Below are positions 1-9,718 of a stretch of DNA of 64,000 nucleotides, one piece after another. The stretch is taken from positions 1 through 64,000 of the forward strand of contig JAHPZE010000004.1 of assembly GCA_019058365.1 (NCBI GenBank), given 5' to 3'. The translations under genes and the position numbers were made by a program. Origin of the DNA: Promethearchaeota archaeon. Its GTDB lineage: Archaea; Asgardarchaeota; Lokiarchaeia; Sigyniarchaeales; SOKP01. The first letter of the stretch is position 1. The number at the start of each line of letters is the position of its first letter. Below the pieces are notes generated by a model. It ran no database searches. It worked only from the letters and a program-made list of their open reading frames with translations, and was not told where the DNA came from.

Positions 1-93
1 AAAGAGCCCATTTATTTTTGTCGGGTGAGTGCGATTTGACATTAAAGAAAAAAAAGAGAAAAAAATAAAAATTTGCTCATAAGTACATGATTA

Positions 94-1338
94 CTAATAT
101 ACTTGAACCTTACCTGCGATAAGCCTCTTTCTTAAATCAAAAAAACTTTCTTTGCTTAGCTTTTCATTTGATACTTCCTCTGCGATTTTCTTTACTGAAT
201 CAAAGCTTACATTATCAGCAGGAATTAATTCTATTGAATTAACCCAAGGATTAGTTATCTCCCTTCCAATCTGAGATAATAGTTTAACGTGTGCTTCTAA
301 AATATCTCCTTGACCTCTTTTAATGATCTCTCTTGCCATCTCTGTACTTAACACGTTATATAGTTTTCCTACATGGTTAATCGGATTCTTTCCACAAACA
401 GCTTCTAAGCTCATTGGTCTACATGGAGTAATAAGACCATTAGATCGGTTACCACGTCCTACTTCTCCATCATCACCCGCTTCAGCAGATGTGCCTGTAA
501 TGGTCAAATATATTAACCCTTTTTCGATATTATCAGCTACATTTACTTGGCATCTAACATCACGATCTGGGATAATATCAGCTGCTAAATCTAAGACTGC
601 TTCTTTGATTTGATTAGTATAACTTACATATTCACTGATATCATTGATATATTTGCTTACCATTGCTGCTGCGACAGTAATTCCAACTTCATTATCAATT
701 CTCTCAACCATTACCTTAATATCTTCTCCCGAAGCCTTACATTTATCTTTGAATTTATCCGAATTAATTAGCTTTTCAGATTCTAAAGCTATTTTTTCAA
801 CATCCGAAAAAGGAGCGTATCCAACTCCAAAACTGGTATCATTAGCAAGTGGAACTTCTTCAGTATGATGAGACTCATCAAAAACTCCTGTTAAATCTAT
901 TGATCCTGGCCGAACGGCATAATCGAATTGAATATCTCTATTTAAATCAAGGTTTCTAAAAATCTCAGAAAGCACTTTACGCTGAGTCTCTATACAAATA
1001 GTTGGAATAGGAATATATTCGAGTTTATGTGTATTATCACCGCATTCTGTAAGGATCTGATTTATTGCTCGACCAACAATTAGAAAATATTGTGGTTGGA
1101 TGATCTGACCTCCACCATATTTTGGTCTTGCGGTACCTCCGACGAGAGCAGCCTTATCGACATTATGATGATATACTCTATCGAAATTCTCAAGATAATA
1201 AACACATAAGGCTCTGGAGCAAGCATCGGCAACAGCATCGCAAACCGTATCGGGATGTCCAATACCTTTCCTTTCAACAAGTTCTGGGAATTCACTTTTT
1301 TCTATTGGTTTAAAATTAGCTGCTGTTATCTTCAACAT
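94..1338 (-). CDS. mat: S-adenosylmethionine synthetase, archaeal type
   Basis: [45 protein letters not shown] and [13 protein letters not shown] motifs. Confidence 0.97.
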   Translation of the reverse strand: MLKITAANFKPIEKSEFPELVERKGIGHPDTVCDAVADACSRALCVYYLENFDRVYHHNVDKAALVGGTARPKYGGGQIIQPQYFLIVGRAINQILTECGDNTHKLEYIPIPTICIETQRKVLSEIFRNLDLNRDIQFDYAVRPGSIDLTGVFDESHHTEEVPLANDTSFGVGYAPFSDVEKIALESEKLINSDKFKDKCKASGEDIKVMVERIDNEVGITVAAAMVSKYINDISEYVSYTNQIKEAVLDLAADIIPDRDVRCQVNVADNIEKGLIYLTITGTSAEAGDDGEVGRGNRSNGLITPCRPMSLEAVCGKNPINHVGKLYNVLSTEMAREIIKRGQGDILEAHVKLLSQIGREITNPWVNSIELIPADNVSFDSVKKIAEEVSNEKLSKESFFDLRKRLIAGKVQVY

Positions 1339-1491
1339 TTCATTTAACCAACTTTTTAATTATATAAATAGTTCTTTTAAATATGTTTTTAAATTAATTA
1401 TTAGTTAAATTCCTTATTAAATGAAAAATGTAGTTAATACATTTTATGCTTGGTTATAATTAATAAGCTTTATAAATATTTTATGATTATA

Positions 1492-1510
1492 ATATGCATA
1501 AGAAGCATAT
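1492..1510. promoter_or_regulatory. Candidate operator, inverted repeat ATATGC-N7-GCATAT
   Basis: Perfect 6-bp inverted repeat between a TATA-like TTTATAAA (~1469-1476) and the start of the HTH-CBS regulator. Confidence 0.3.
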
Positions 1511-1527
1511 GACTTTTTTATTAAATT

Positions 1528-2097
1528 ATGGAAATCTTACCATCTTTGAATGATATTAAGCGTTTACGTAAGAAATTAAATATTAGTCAAAAAGACCTAG
1601 GAGATGAACTAAATATTCCTCAGTCTACAATTTCTAGGATTGAAAATGGAACAATTGATCCTCCATATTCTAAATTAAAAAGAATTTATGAATATCTTGA
1701 GAATAAACGTAAGATAAGAGAAAAATCTAAGAAGCATGCTATAGACATCATGACTTCCGATATTGTATTTATCAATTCTACCTCAACTATAAGAGAAGCA
1801 GTAGATCAGATGAATAACCATGAAATCTCACAATTACCAATAATAGAGAATAATCAAAATATAGGAAGTATAACTTCAAAAAAAATACAGAAATCTATAA
1901 CAGATAATCCAGAAATTATCAATATGGATATATCACTTATAAAAGAATTGCCATTTCCAGAAATTGATAAAAATTGGAATGTGAAGGATATATCTGATTT
2001 ACTCTTGAAGTATTCTGCTGTTTTGGTGAAAGAAAATAATGAATATATTGGAATAATTACTGACTCTGATCTTCTTAGATTATCAAATAAAAAATAA
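1528..2097 (+). CDS. XRE-family HTH transcriptional regulator with C-terminal CBS pair
   Basis: IKRLRKKLNISQKDL...QSTISRIENG...DPPYSKL HTH; two CBS repeats (ISQLPII, GIITDSDLL). Confidence 0.92.
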   Translation: MEILPSLNDIKRLRKKLNISQKDLGDELNIPQSTISRIENGTIDPPYSKLKRIYEYLENKRKIREKSKKHAIDIMTSDIVFINSTSTIREAVDQMNNHEISQLPIIENNQNIGSITSKKIQKSITDNPEIINMDISLIKELPFPEIDKNWNVKDISDLLLKYSAVLVKENNEYIGIITDSDLLRLSNKK

Positions 2098-2213
2098 GAA
2101 AATGCAAAACTATCACTATTTTATAAGATAAAAGCATTAAATTTGTGAAGTGATATTACTAAATAGAAAAAAGAATAATTTTTTTATACAATATCATTTT
2201 TTAAAGATTAGAT

Positions 2214-3215
2214 TTGACGATTGAAAAGATCCTTCAAAGGATTGATGGTTTATTAAAGAATGCTAATTATGAAACATTAGCATTGGAAAATTTCGCGGAA
2301 AAAAAAACTAAATTCTGTTTTGATCTTTTAGTTAAAAAGGATGATATGGTATTTAGCGTAAAAATTTTTCCTAATATTGACAATTTAAACCCAGAAATTA
2401 TTCATGATCTTAAATCTTTATCCATAATCCTCAAATCAAAACCTTTATTAATTGGAATCAGAAATCGGTATCAAAAATTAGAAGATAACACCATCTATGT
2501 AAGAGAAGGTTTACCCTTTATTACGCTTAATACGCTTGAGAATATCGTTAATGAACAATACCCACACATCTTGGCAAGAAGAGGCGGAGGAGTTGTATTT
2601 TTAGATGGGATATTAATGAAAACATTGAGAGAAAAGCATGCAATAACACGAAAAGAACTTTCAGAAATCTTAGGAGTAACTAAACGAACAATTTGTTCTT
2701 ATGAGAATGAATCTATGAGACCTTCTGAGAAAGTCGCTGAAAAAATATCGGAGATCTTGGAAAATAATGATCTCTTTAAAAAAATCAATGTTTTTAGATG
2801 GAATATTAAAGATAACATAGATGAAAAAGAAATCTTGGAAAAAAACGAGTTAAGTGAATTTGAATCTCGTGTTCAAGGTGTAGTAAAAGATATTGGACTT
2901 TCTTCATATTGGTATAAAAAAGGGTCTGTTCCTTTCAAATTATCTTTATACTCCCACTCTGATAAAATTAATTTAGATGGCTTTTATCCTCTATTTTCTG
3001 GTATAACAGAAGAGCAAGATAAAATTAATGAAATGAGTTTTAAATGTTTAAGGGTTTTTACAGAGTTATTCCATAAAACTTCACTTTTTATAATAGACAA
3101 TGATATTAAAATTCCTCAGCTGTTTAAAAAAGCAAAAATTCCTATTGTTAAAATTAAAAATTTAGAAAAAGTTGATGACGAAGAAGAATTCATTGAACTC
3201 GTCCAAGATTCATAA
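2214..3215 (+). CDS. Conserved archaeal HTH transcriptional regulator (COG1395-like)
   Basis: CFDLLVKK N-domain, ARRGGGVVFLDG motif, central XRE HTH (LSEILGVTKRTICSYEN). Confidence 0.85.
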   Translation: MTIEKILQRIDGLLKNANYETLALENFAEKKTKFCFDLLVKKDDMVFSVKIFPNIDNLNPEIIHDLKSLSIILKSKPLLIGIRNRYQKLEDNTIYVREGLPFITLNTLENIVNEQYPHILARRGGGVVFLDGILMKTLREKHAITRKELSEILGVTKRTICSYENESMRPSEKVAEKISEILENNDLFKKINVFRWNIKDNIDEKEILEKNELSEFESRVQGVVKDIGLSSYWYKKGSVPFKLSLYSHSDKINLDGFYPLFSGITEEQDKINEMSFKCLRVFTELFHKTSLFIIDNDIKIPQLFKKAKIPIVKIKNLEKVDDEEEFIELVQDS

Positions 3216-3921
3216 TAATAAAAGAGAAATAATATGTGGGATAGACGAGGCTGGTAGAATTTAATTCAATTCGAATTAAGTGTTAATAGGCTCTGTCTTA
3301 GGTCCCATGGTTTTATGTGGAATTTGTTTCGATAAATCAAAAATTAACTTTTTATCTGAAATTGGAGTAAAGGACTCAAAGAAATTATCTTCCAAAAAGA
3401 GGAATGAATTAGCTGAACTCTTGAAAAATAACTGTTATTCTCATAAGATCGTTATAGTTGAACCTCAGGAGATTGATGAGAGAGAAACTAAAAAAGTTAC
3501 ATTGAATCGGCTTGAAGAATTAAAAATGGCAGAAATTGTAAACGGATTAAAGCCTGATGTTATCTACATAGATGCTGCTGATGTTAATGAAGAAAGATTT
3601 GGAAACTCTATTAAAAATTTATTAGATTACAAACCTAAAGAAATTATCTCTAAACATAAAGCAGATGATCTATTTCCCATAGTATCAGCGGGATCTATTG
3701 TAGCTAAAAACAAAAGAGATACCTTAATTATTGAAATCCATAAAAAATATGGGGATTTTGGATCTGGTTATCCTTCTGATATCAAAACAATAAATTTTCT
3801 AAGAGATTATGTAAAGAAATATAAAAAACCACCAAAAATTGCTAGGAAATCTTGGGAGACTACAAAAAAAATTATAGAAGAAGAAGTATCAACAAAGAAG
3901 ATAACTGAATTCCTCAATTAA
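3193..3921 (+). CDS. rnhB: Ribonuclease HII, interrupted by a 30-nt candidate intron; join(3193..3257,3288..3921), 232 aa
   Basis: TTG at 3193 opens MNSSKIHNNKREIICGIDEAGR; after the insert the frame continues GSVLGPMV...GVKDSKKL...YIDAAD...HKAD...VSAGSIVAK...GSGYPSD. The ORF-track call at 3280 lacks the catalytic DE motif. Confidence 0.93.
3258..3287 (+). other. Candidate bulge-helix-bulge intron in rnhB mRNA
   Basis: Contains in-frame TAA at 3262 and 3277. Central helix UGGU(3252-55)/GUUA(3282-85), bulges AGA(3256-58) and AUA(3286-88), 9-bp inner stem 3259-67/3273-81, outer stem GAGGC/GGCUC. Confidence 0.82.
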
Positions 3922-4613
3922 TTGCTTTTTTTAACCACTAAGATAATATGGTTGGCAGCATATTTGTGTATATTTATACTTTCTATGATAGCGTATCCTG
4001 CTTTTTCAAGAATCTTTTTCTCTTGTTCATAAATTTGTTCAGATTTTTGAAGACTATCAATTGATTGAGATTTAATTGCTATAATGAGTAAACCATTATT
4101 CTTTAGGTAATAATTACTATTCGATAAGGCAATTTCAGCTTGATGTGGTTGTGCTACATCTTGATAAATTAAATCTATATCTGTAAAAATATATTTAGCA
4201 TATTCTTCTGGGAAGCGAGCATCTCCTAATATTGGAATAATATTTGTTCTATCTGATGAATTTTGGATTAGTTGTCTCATACTTCTTTCAGCGAATTCTA
4301 CACCATATATAATTCCTGTAGTCATGATGTCTGAAAGGTGAGATATAGATGTACCCGAAGATGCTCCTAAATATAAACATTTTAAATTTTCAGCTAAAAA
4401 GTTAGTAATAGGATTTTCTAAAATTAAGGCAGCTATTTTACTTCTATATGGATCCCATTCTCTATACTCTGTACCTCTATGACTTACTAACCTCTCTCCG
4501 TATATTCTTTTTCCTACAACAGCATTTTTAGTGTAGAGTTTTAATTTTTCTTGAGGTCCAGAAATAAATACATCATTATACTTAGGATGGTTTCTAATTT
4601 CTATTTTAGACAT
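3918..4613 (-). CDS. flpA: Fibrillarin-like rRNA/tRNA 2'-O-methyltransferase
   Basis: YGERL...EYREWDPYRSKIAA, LYLGASSGTSISHLSD, YQDVAQP. Confidence 0.97.
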   Translation of the reverse strand: MSKIEIRNHPKYNDVFISGPQEKLKLYTKNAVVGKRIYGERLVSHRGTEYREWDPYRSKIAALILENPITNFLAENLKCLYLGASSGTSISHLSDIMTTGIIYGVEFAERSMRQLIQNSSDRTNIIPILGDARFPEEYAKYIFTDIDLIYQDVAQPHQAEIALSNSNYYLKNNGLLIIAIKSQSIDSLQKSEQIYEQEKKILEKAGYAIIESINIHKYAANHIILVVKKSN

Positions 4614-4631
4614 TTTTTAATATTTCTTACC

Positions 4632-5840
4632 TTATTTTCTTTTTCTTGTTGATGTCTTTTTTTTACTCTTTACTGGTTGAGTTTTTTTAGGTGGTGTAGG
4701 ATATTTTTCCTCAATCTCTTTTATCTTTTCTTCAATTTCTTTTGATAATATATTCCCTATAAATTCACCATTAAAATAATCGACTTTGGCAGCAACTCCA
4801 ATTTTCCCTGCAACAATACGAGCAATTTTCCCTCGGTGATAAGGTTTTGCGGACCTTATTTGATTCCATTGAAAGATTAAGCCATGTTTGGGTCGCTTTT
4901 CACCAGTTTTAAGAAAACGATATAATGCTTTTTCAGCTCCTAATAATTGAATTCTAGATGCTGGCATATAAGCTAATTTCTGTAGTGCCCCCGCTTTCGC
5001 TATTAATTTTGCCCCTATTAAAGGACCGATCAAAGTATTAATATTTGGAGCAATTTTTTCCATTAAAACTTCTAAATAATTCTCTAATTCTTGTCGATAT
5101 GCATCCAAGGAAATTATTTCATCCGCATAATTTTGGATTATAGATAGATCGATGTTTGCTCCCATCGAACTAAGGGCATACTGTTCTAAAATTTTAATTT
5201 TACTTTCATTTATAACAAAATTCTTTTTTATGTTATCAATTGTAAAATTCTCTCTTGAACCTAATGTTGATATTAATCTTGATAATATAATATTATCTTC
5301 AATGATTTTATCAGTCAATTCCGGAAAATGCAAACCGTACCATTCTCTAAGGTGACTCGAAAATAAGCTAATTGATTTCTTTATCACATCAAGGATTGTA
5401 ATAGTTTGAGTGATTATATTATCGGAATGTCCACTAGCTTGACTTACTTTTCTTCTTGTTAATTCATCACTTACTTTCTTATAAAGTGAAAGCACTTCTT
5501 CACTTGTTTTATTTATCCCAATTTTTTTTAAATTAACTTCTAAATTTAAACGAAAATTTTTAAGTTCTACAGAGTTTTTTTTAAAAACGGTATTATATCC
5601 TAATTTTTCTGAAGTTAGTGATTCTAAATTTTTATTATCAAATAAGAATTCATTAAAACCAGAATTTTTTAATTCTAATAAAAAATCTTCAAACACTTTT
5701 TGAATAAGATTATTATTTAGAGTATCATAAAATTCGATGATTTTCTCATAGTCATCATCGAAATCAATGAAGTTTAAGATGTTTCCTGTCTCATCGAAGG
5801 CAAAAATTCCAATTAAAGTATCTGCTATGAAAGACTTCAT
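4632..5840 (-). CDS. nop5: C/D box sRNP protein Nop5 (Nop56/58)
   Basis: REWYGLHFPEL, IAPN...LIG...GAKL, PASRIQLLGAEKAL, PKHGLIFQ; adjacent to fibrillarin. Confidence 0.96.
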   Translation of the reverse strand: MKSFIADTLIGIFAFDETGNILNFIDFDDDYEKIIEFYDTLNNNLIQKVFEDFLLELKNSGFNEFLFDNKNLESLTSEKLGYNTVFKKNSVELKNFRLNLEVNLKKIGINKTSEEVLSLYKKVSDELTRRKVSQASGHSDNIITQTITILDVIKKSISLFSSHLREWYGLHFPELTDKIIEDNIILSRLISTLGSRENFTIDNIKKNFVINESKIKILEQYALSSMGANIDLSIIQNYADEIISLDAYRQELENYLEVLMEKIAPNINTLIGPLIGAKLIAKAGALQKLAYMPASRIQLLGAEKALYRFLKTGEKRPKHGLIFQWNQIRSAKPYHRGKIARIVAGKIGVAAKVDYFNGEFIGNILSKEIEEKIKEIEEKYPTPPKKTQPVKSKKKTSTRKRK

Positions 5841-5918
5841 TTTGATTGGCTAATTTATAGTTATTTTTCCTTCATCAATAATTATTATAAAATTATAATC
5901 ATTATTTTCTTTTAAAAA

Positions 5919-6845
5919 ATGCTAGAAGTTAATCTTTCTGGTTTAAAATTAAAATCTCCAATAATTTTAGCTTCAGGAATTTTAGGAGTCTCTTATTCTT
6001 TAATGAGAAGAGTAATTGATGCTGGAGCTGGTGCTGTCACTACAAAATCTATTGGACCTATATCCAGAAAAGGATATAAGAATCCATCTATAATTGAGAT
6101 ATATCCTGGAACCTTTATGAATAGTGTTGGTTTAGGTAATCCTGGAATCAATATATTTGTCTCAGAAATAAAAGAGATAAAAAAACATAACATTCCCTTA
6201 ATAGTGAGCGTTTTTGGAAATTCTAATGAAGAATATCTTGAGGTGGCAACTAAAGCTGAAAATGCAGGAGCTGATGCAATTGAGATTAATATCTCCTGCC
6301 CTCATGCTGAAGTATCTTCTATAGGTATCGACATGGATTTGACTTATAAGATTGTCAAATTTTTAAAAGAAACACTTGTAACCCCTCTTTTTGTAAAATT
6401 GAATCCCAATGTAACAAATATAATAGAAATAGCCCTAGCAGCGGAGAAAGGTGGTGCTGACGGAGTAGTTGCTATAAATACTCTAGCAGCAATGAGAATA
6501 GATGTTAATACTAGACGACCCATCTTATCTCATGGGAGTGGTGGGCTTTCTGGGAAGGCAATTCATCCGATAGCTATAAAAAAAGTATATGATTTATATA
6601 AAGCCGTGAAAATCCCTATAATTGGATGTGGAGGGATAGATTCATGGCAAGATGTTGTAGAATTCTTTTTAGTTGGAGCTTCAGCAGTACAAATAGGTAC
6701 AGCATTATATAAAACAACCGAAATTATTACTCAAATTAATTATGGAATAACTCAATATCTGAAAGATAATAATTATTCATCTATTAATGATTTAAAAGGA
6801 CTATCTCATCAGTTTAAAACTCAAGAGGTACCAGATTTTGACTGA
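5919..6845 (+). CDS. pyrD: Dihydroorotate dehydrogenase, catalytic subunit (family 1B)
   Basis: LASGILG, TKSI, NSVGLGNPG, EINISCPH, VKLNPN, INT, GGLSGKAI. Confidence 0.95.
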   Translation: MLEVNLSGLKLKSPIILASGILGVSYSLMRRVIDAGAGAVTTKSIGPISRKGYKNPSIIEIYPGTFMNSVGLGNPGINIFVSEIKEIKKHNIPLIVSVFGNSNEEYLEVATKAENAGADAIEINISCPHAEVSSIGIDMDLTYKIVKFLKETLVTPLFVKLNPNVTNIIEIALAAEKGGADGVVAINTLAAMRIDVNTRRPILSHGSGGLSGKAIHPIAIKKVYDLYKAVKIPIIGCGGIDSWQDVVEFFLVGASAVQIGTALYKTTEIITQINYGITQYLKDNNYSSINDLKGLSHQFKTQEVPDFD

Positions 6846-7731
6846 AAATATAATAAAGACCGTAAAAATTCAAAATATTATTAATGAATGCGATGGAATT
6901 AAAACATATATTTTTAATATGAAAAAATCTAATCCCAATAACTATGTTATACCTAAACCAGGACAATTTGTAATGGTTTGGGTACCAGGAGTAGATGAAA
7001 TTCCAATGTCATTATCAGGTTGTAATAATAAGGGAGATTGGGCTATTACTGTTAAGAAAGTGGGAGATTGCACAAAAGAAATACATAATCTAAAAATTGG
7101 TGATTACATTGGGATTCGTGGACCTTTAGGCAATTATTTTAAAATTCCAGTTGAACAATCAAAAAAAATAATTCTAATAAGTGGGGGAATAGGAATAGCT
7201 CCACTTAAATTTCTTGCTACTTATTTAAATAATAGGAGAATTTCTTTTGATTTAATTAAGGGTACAAAAAGTAATAATGAGATAATTTTTGCAAACGATT
7301 TTCAGCAATTTAATCATGATACTTCAAATATAATTTATTGTACGGAAATTGACAATGATATGTTTGAAGATTCTACTAGAGTTGCTTTTTATAACTCTAA
7401 ATTTGAAGAACTTGCTCACACAAGGTTTGAAGCTTTAATCAATGAATATCTACAAAATAATATTTCAGATTTTATTGTTTTTACGTGTGGTCCTGAAATT
7501 ATGATGTATAAGGTATTTCAAATATGTCAAAAATATCAATTTGAGTTATATGCAAGCCTTGAGAGATATATGAGATGTGGGTGCGGATTATGCGGTTTAT
7601 GTGCATTAGATCCATTGGGTTTACTGGTTTGCAAAGATGGACCAATATTTAGTTCAGAATCTTTAAAAAACATCCAAGATTTTGGAAAATTTCAAAGAGA
7701 TCCTACTGGTAAAAAAGTTAGTATTGATTAA
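6838..7731 (+). CDS. pyrK: Dihydroorotate dehydrogenase electron transfer subunit
   Basis: PGQFVMVW, IRGPLGN, GGIGIAP, CGPEIMM, MRCGCGLCGLC 2Fe-2S motif, VCKDGP; overlaps pyrD. Confidence 0.93.
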   Translation: MTENIIKTVKIQNIINECDGIKTYIFNMKKSNPNNYVIPKPGQFVMVWVPGVDEIPMSLSGCNNKGDWAITVKKVGDCTKEIHNLKIGDYIGIRGPLGNYFKIPVEQSKKIILISGGIGIAPLKFLATYLNNRRISFDLIKGTKSNNEIIFANDFQQFNHDTSNIIYCTEIDNDMFEDSTRVAFYNSKFEELAHTRFEALINEYLQNNISDFIVFTCGPEIMMYKVFQICQKYQFELYASLERYMRCGCGLCGLCALDPLGLLVCKDGPIFSSESLKNIQDFGKFQRDPTGKKVSID

Positions 7732-7847
7732 TAAAGCATCTGAATTAAAGGTTCTAAAACACAAATTATTAACATTATGACTAAATATATTAGTTGAGAT
7801 AAATAACAACAAAAGAGCAAATTATGCAATTTTTACTGTAAAAAATA

Positions 7848-9476
7848 ATGGCTTCCATAGAATTTGATGACCATGAAAAAGTCAAAAAAATTTCAAGAGA
7901 AATCATAAATTATTTAATAAGAAACCCTGAAACTCCTCGTGAAAAAATTACTAATATTAAAGGGAGAATAGGTAAAAAATATGAATATTTTAAAGTAATC
8001 AAAAATGCAACAATCTTAGATTACGCTACATCAGAAGAAAAGGAGAAAATAATTCAGACCCTTAAAAGAAGAAAAACTAGAACTTTATCTGGAGTCTCTG
8101 TTATAGCAATTATGACTAAACCTCTTCCTTGTCCTGGAACTTGCATTTACTGTCCAGGACAGAGGTCTCAGCCAGGAGAAAAAGTTGCTCAATCTTATAC
8201 TGGTCGAGAACCCGCAGCCATGAGATCTATTCATAATAATTACGATCCTTACTTACAAGTTCAAAGTAGAATTAAAGATTTAGAAGCGATAGGGCATAAA
8301 GTTGATAAAATTGAATTAATCGTAATGGGGGGTACATTTTTATCAATAGATCTGACTTATCAAGAAGAGTTTATTAAAGGGGCATTAGAAGGCATCATCG
8401 AACAACGAGTAATTACTTTAGAAGAAGCAAAAAAACTTGCTGAGAGCTCCAAAAGACGTGTTATAGGGATAACAATTGAAACAAGACCAGACTATTGTAA
8501 AGAAAAAGATGTAGATCGAATGTTAAATTATGGAACAACTCGGGTTGAGATAGGAATACAAACGGTCTATGATGACATATATAAACTCGTAAAGAGAGGG
8601 CACACTACTATAGATAGCATAGAGGCCATAAGAATTGCTAAAGACGCAGGTTTAAAAATAAATGCCCATATTATGCCCAATCTCCCAGGGTCTGATTATT
8701 TAATAGACACAGAACTTTTTAATGAATTGTTTTCCAATACAGATTACCGCCCAGATATGCTAAAAATATATCCGACACTTGTAATTAACGGTACTGAACT
8801 ATATAATTGGTGGAAACAGGGCAAATATTCTCCCTATTCTGATGAAGAGTTAATAGATTTAATCGCCAAGGTAAAAATAAATTTACCTCCTTATGTTAGA
8901 ATTCAAAGAATTATGAGAGATATTCCTGCCACTTTAATTCAAGCGGGTTGTAAAAATAGTAATTTAAGGCAACTAGTTCAACAGAGATTGAGGGAGATAA
9001 ATGAAAGTTGTAAATGCATAAGGTGTAGAGAATATGGAATCCGTAAAGGAAAAGAAATTATCAATGAAAATTCGTTTGATGAAATAAAACTGTATCGTTT
9101 AGATTTTGATGCCTCTAAAGGAAAAGAGATATTCTTATCTTATGAGAATAAAAAAGATAATTATCTAGTAGGGTATCTTCGGTTAAGAAAACCTTCTGAA
9201 TTTGCCCATAGACATGAATTAAATGATGGTAAAACCATGATCGTGAGAGAAATAAAAGTTGTTGGTGAATTAGTCCCAATAGATACAAAACCGAATCGAT
9301 ATTCTCAAATTCAACACCGAGGATACGGAAAATTATTAATCGAGAATGCTGAAAAGATTTCACTTGAAGAATTCGATGCAAAGAAATTAACAGTTATAAG
9401 TGGACTTGGAGTGAGGGATTGGTTTTATGAAATTGGATATAAGGCAGATGGCGTTTATGTTTCTAAAATCCTTTAG
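7848..9476 (+). CDS. elp3: Elp3 tRNA uridine(34) acetyltransferase (radical SAM + KAT)
   Basis: RTLSGV, CPGTCIYCPG, QSYTGREP, MGGTF, ETRPD, QHRGYGK, VISGLGVRDWF. Confidence 0.97.
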   Translation: MASIEFDDHEKVKKISREIINYLIRNPETPREKITNIKGRIGKKYEYFKVIKNATILDYATSEEKEKIIQTLKRRKTRTLSGVSVIAIMTKPLPCPGTCIYCPGQRSQPGEKVAQSYTGREPAAMRSIHNNYDPYLQVQSRIKDLEAIGHKVDKIELIVMGGTFLSIDLTYQEEFIKGALEGIIEQRVITLEEAKKLAESSKRRVIGITIETRPDYCKEKDVDRMLNYGTTRVEIGIQTVYDDIYKLVKRGHTTIDSIEAIRIAKDAGLKINAHIMPNLPGSDYLIDTELFNELFSNTDYRPDMLKIYPTLVINGTELYNWWKQGKYSPYSDEELIDLIAKVKINLPPYVRIQRIMRDIPATLIQAGCKNSNLRQLVQQRLREINESCKCIRCREYGIRKGKEIINENSFDEIKLYRLDFDASKGKEIFLSYENKKDNYLVGYLRLRKPSEFAHRHELNDGKTMIVREIKVVGELVPIDTKPNRYSQIQHRGYGKLLIENAEKISLEEFDAKKLTVISGLGVRDWFYEIGYKADGVYVSKIL

Positions 9477-9718
9477 TTTTCAAATTTAAATTTATTAAAA
9501 ATTTAATCATTTTTGTTGTGAACGTTTTATGCTACAATTTTTATATACTGGTTAAAATCATGAATAATTATTTATAAATGACTCTTCTTGGTAATCTTGG
9601 ACTTTCTGACAAATAAAATCGTTAAAAGACTTTCCTTTTATTTAAAAAAATTTATCTTTTTAGCCCTTTTTATATAAAATATTGTAATATATATATGACA
9701 AAAATCTATAAGTAACGA

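Noticed and set aside
1-45. GC-richer stretch at the window start
   Set aside because: It could be the start of a minus-strand gene (MSNRTHPTKINGLF) or the end of an RNA, but it is truncated and cannot be assigned.
3280-3921. ORF-track version of RNase HII starting at GTG 3280
   Set aside because: That GTG lies inside the insert and the product would lack the catalytic Asp-Glu; the true N-terminus is encoded upstream in the same frame.
7363-7410. In-frame hairpin (TAGAGTTG...TAACTCTA) flanked by TTTGAAGA direct repeats in pyrK, considered as a second mRNA intron
   Set aside because: It has no stop codons. The best BHB-like register would excise 31 nt (a frameshift) and lacks an outer helix, and a 39-nt excision has no proper central helix. 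It is more likely an ordinary small insertion.
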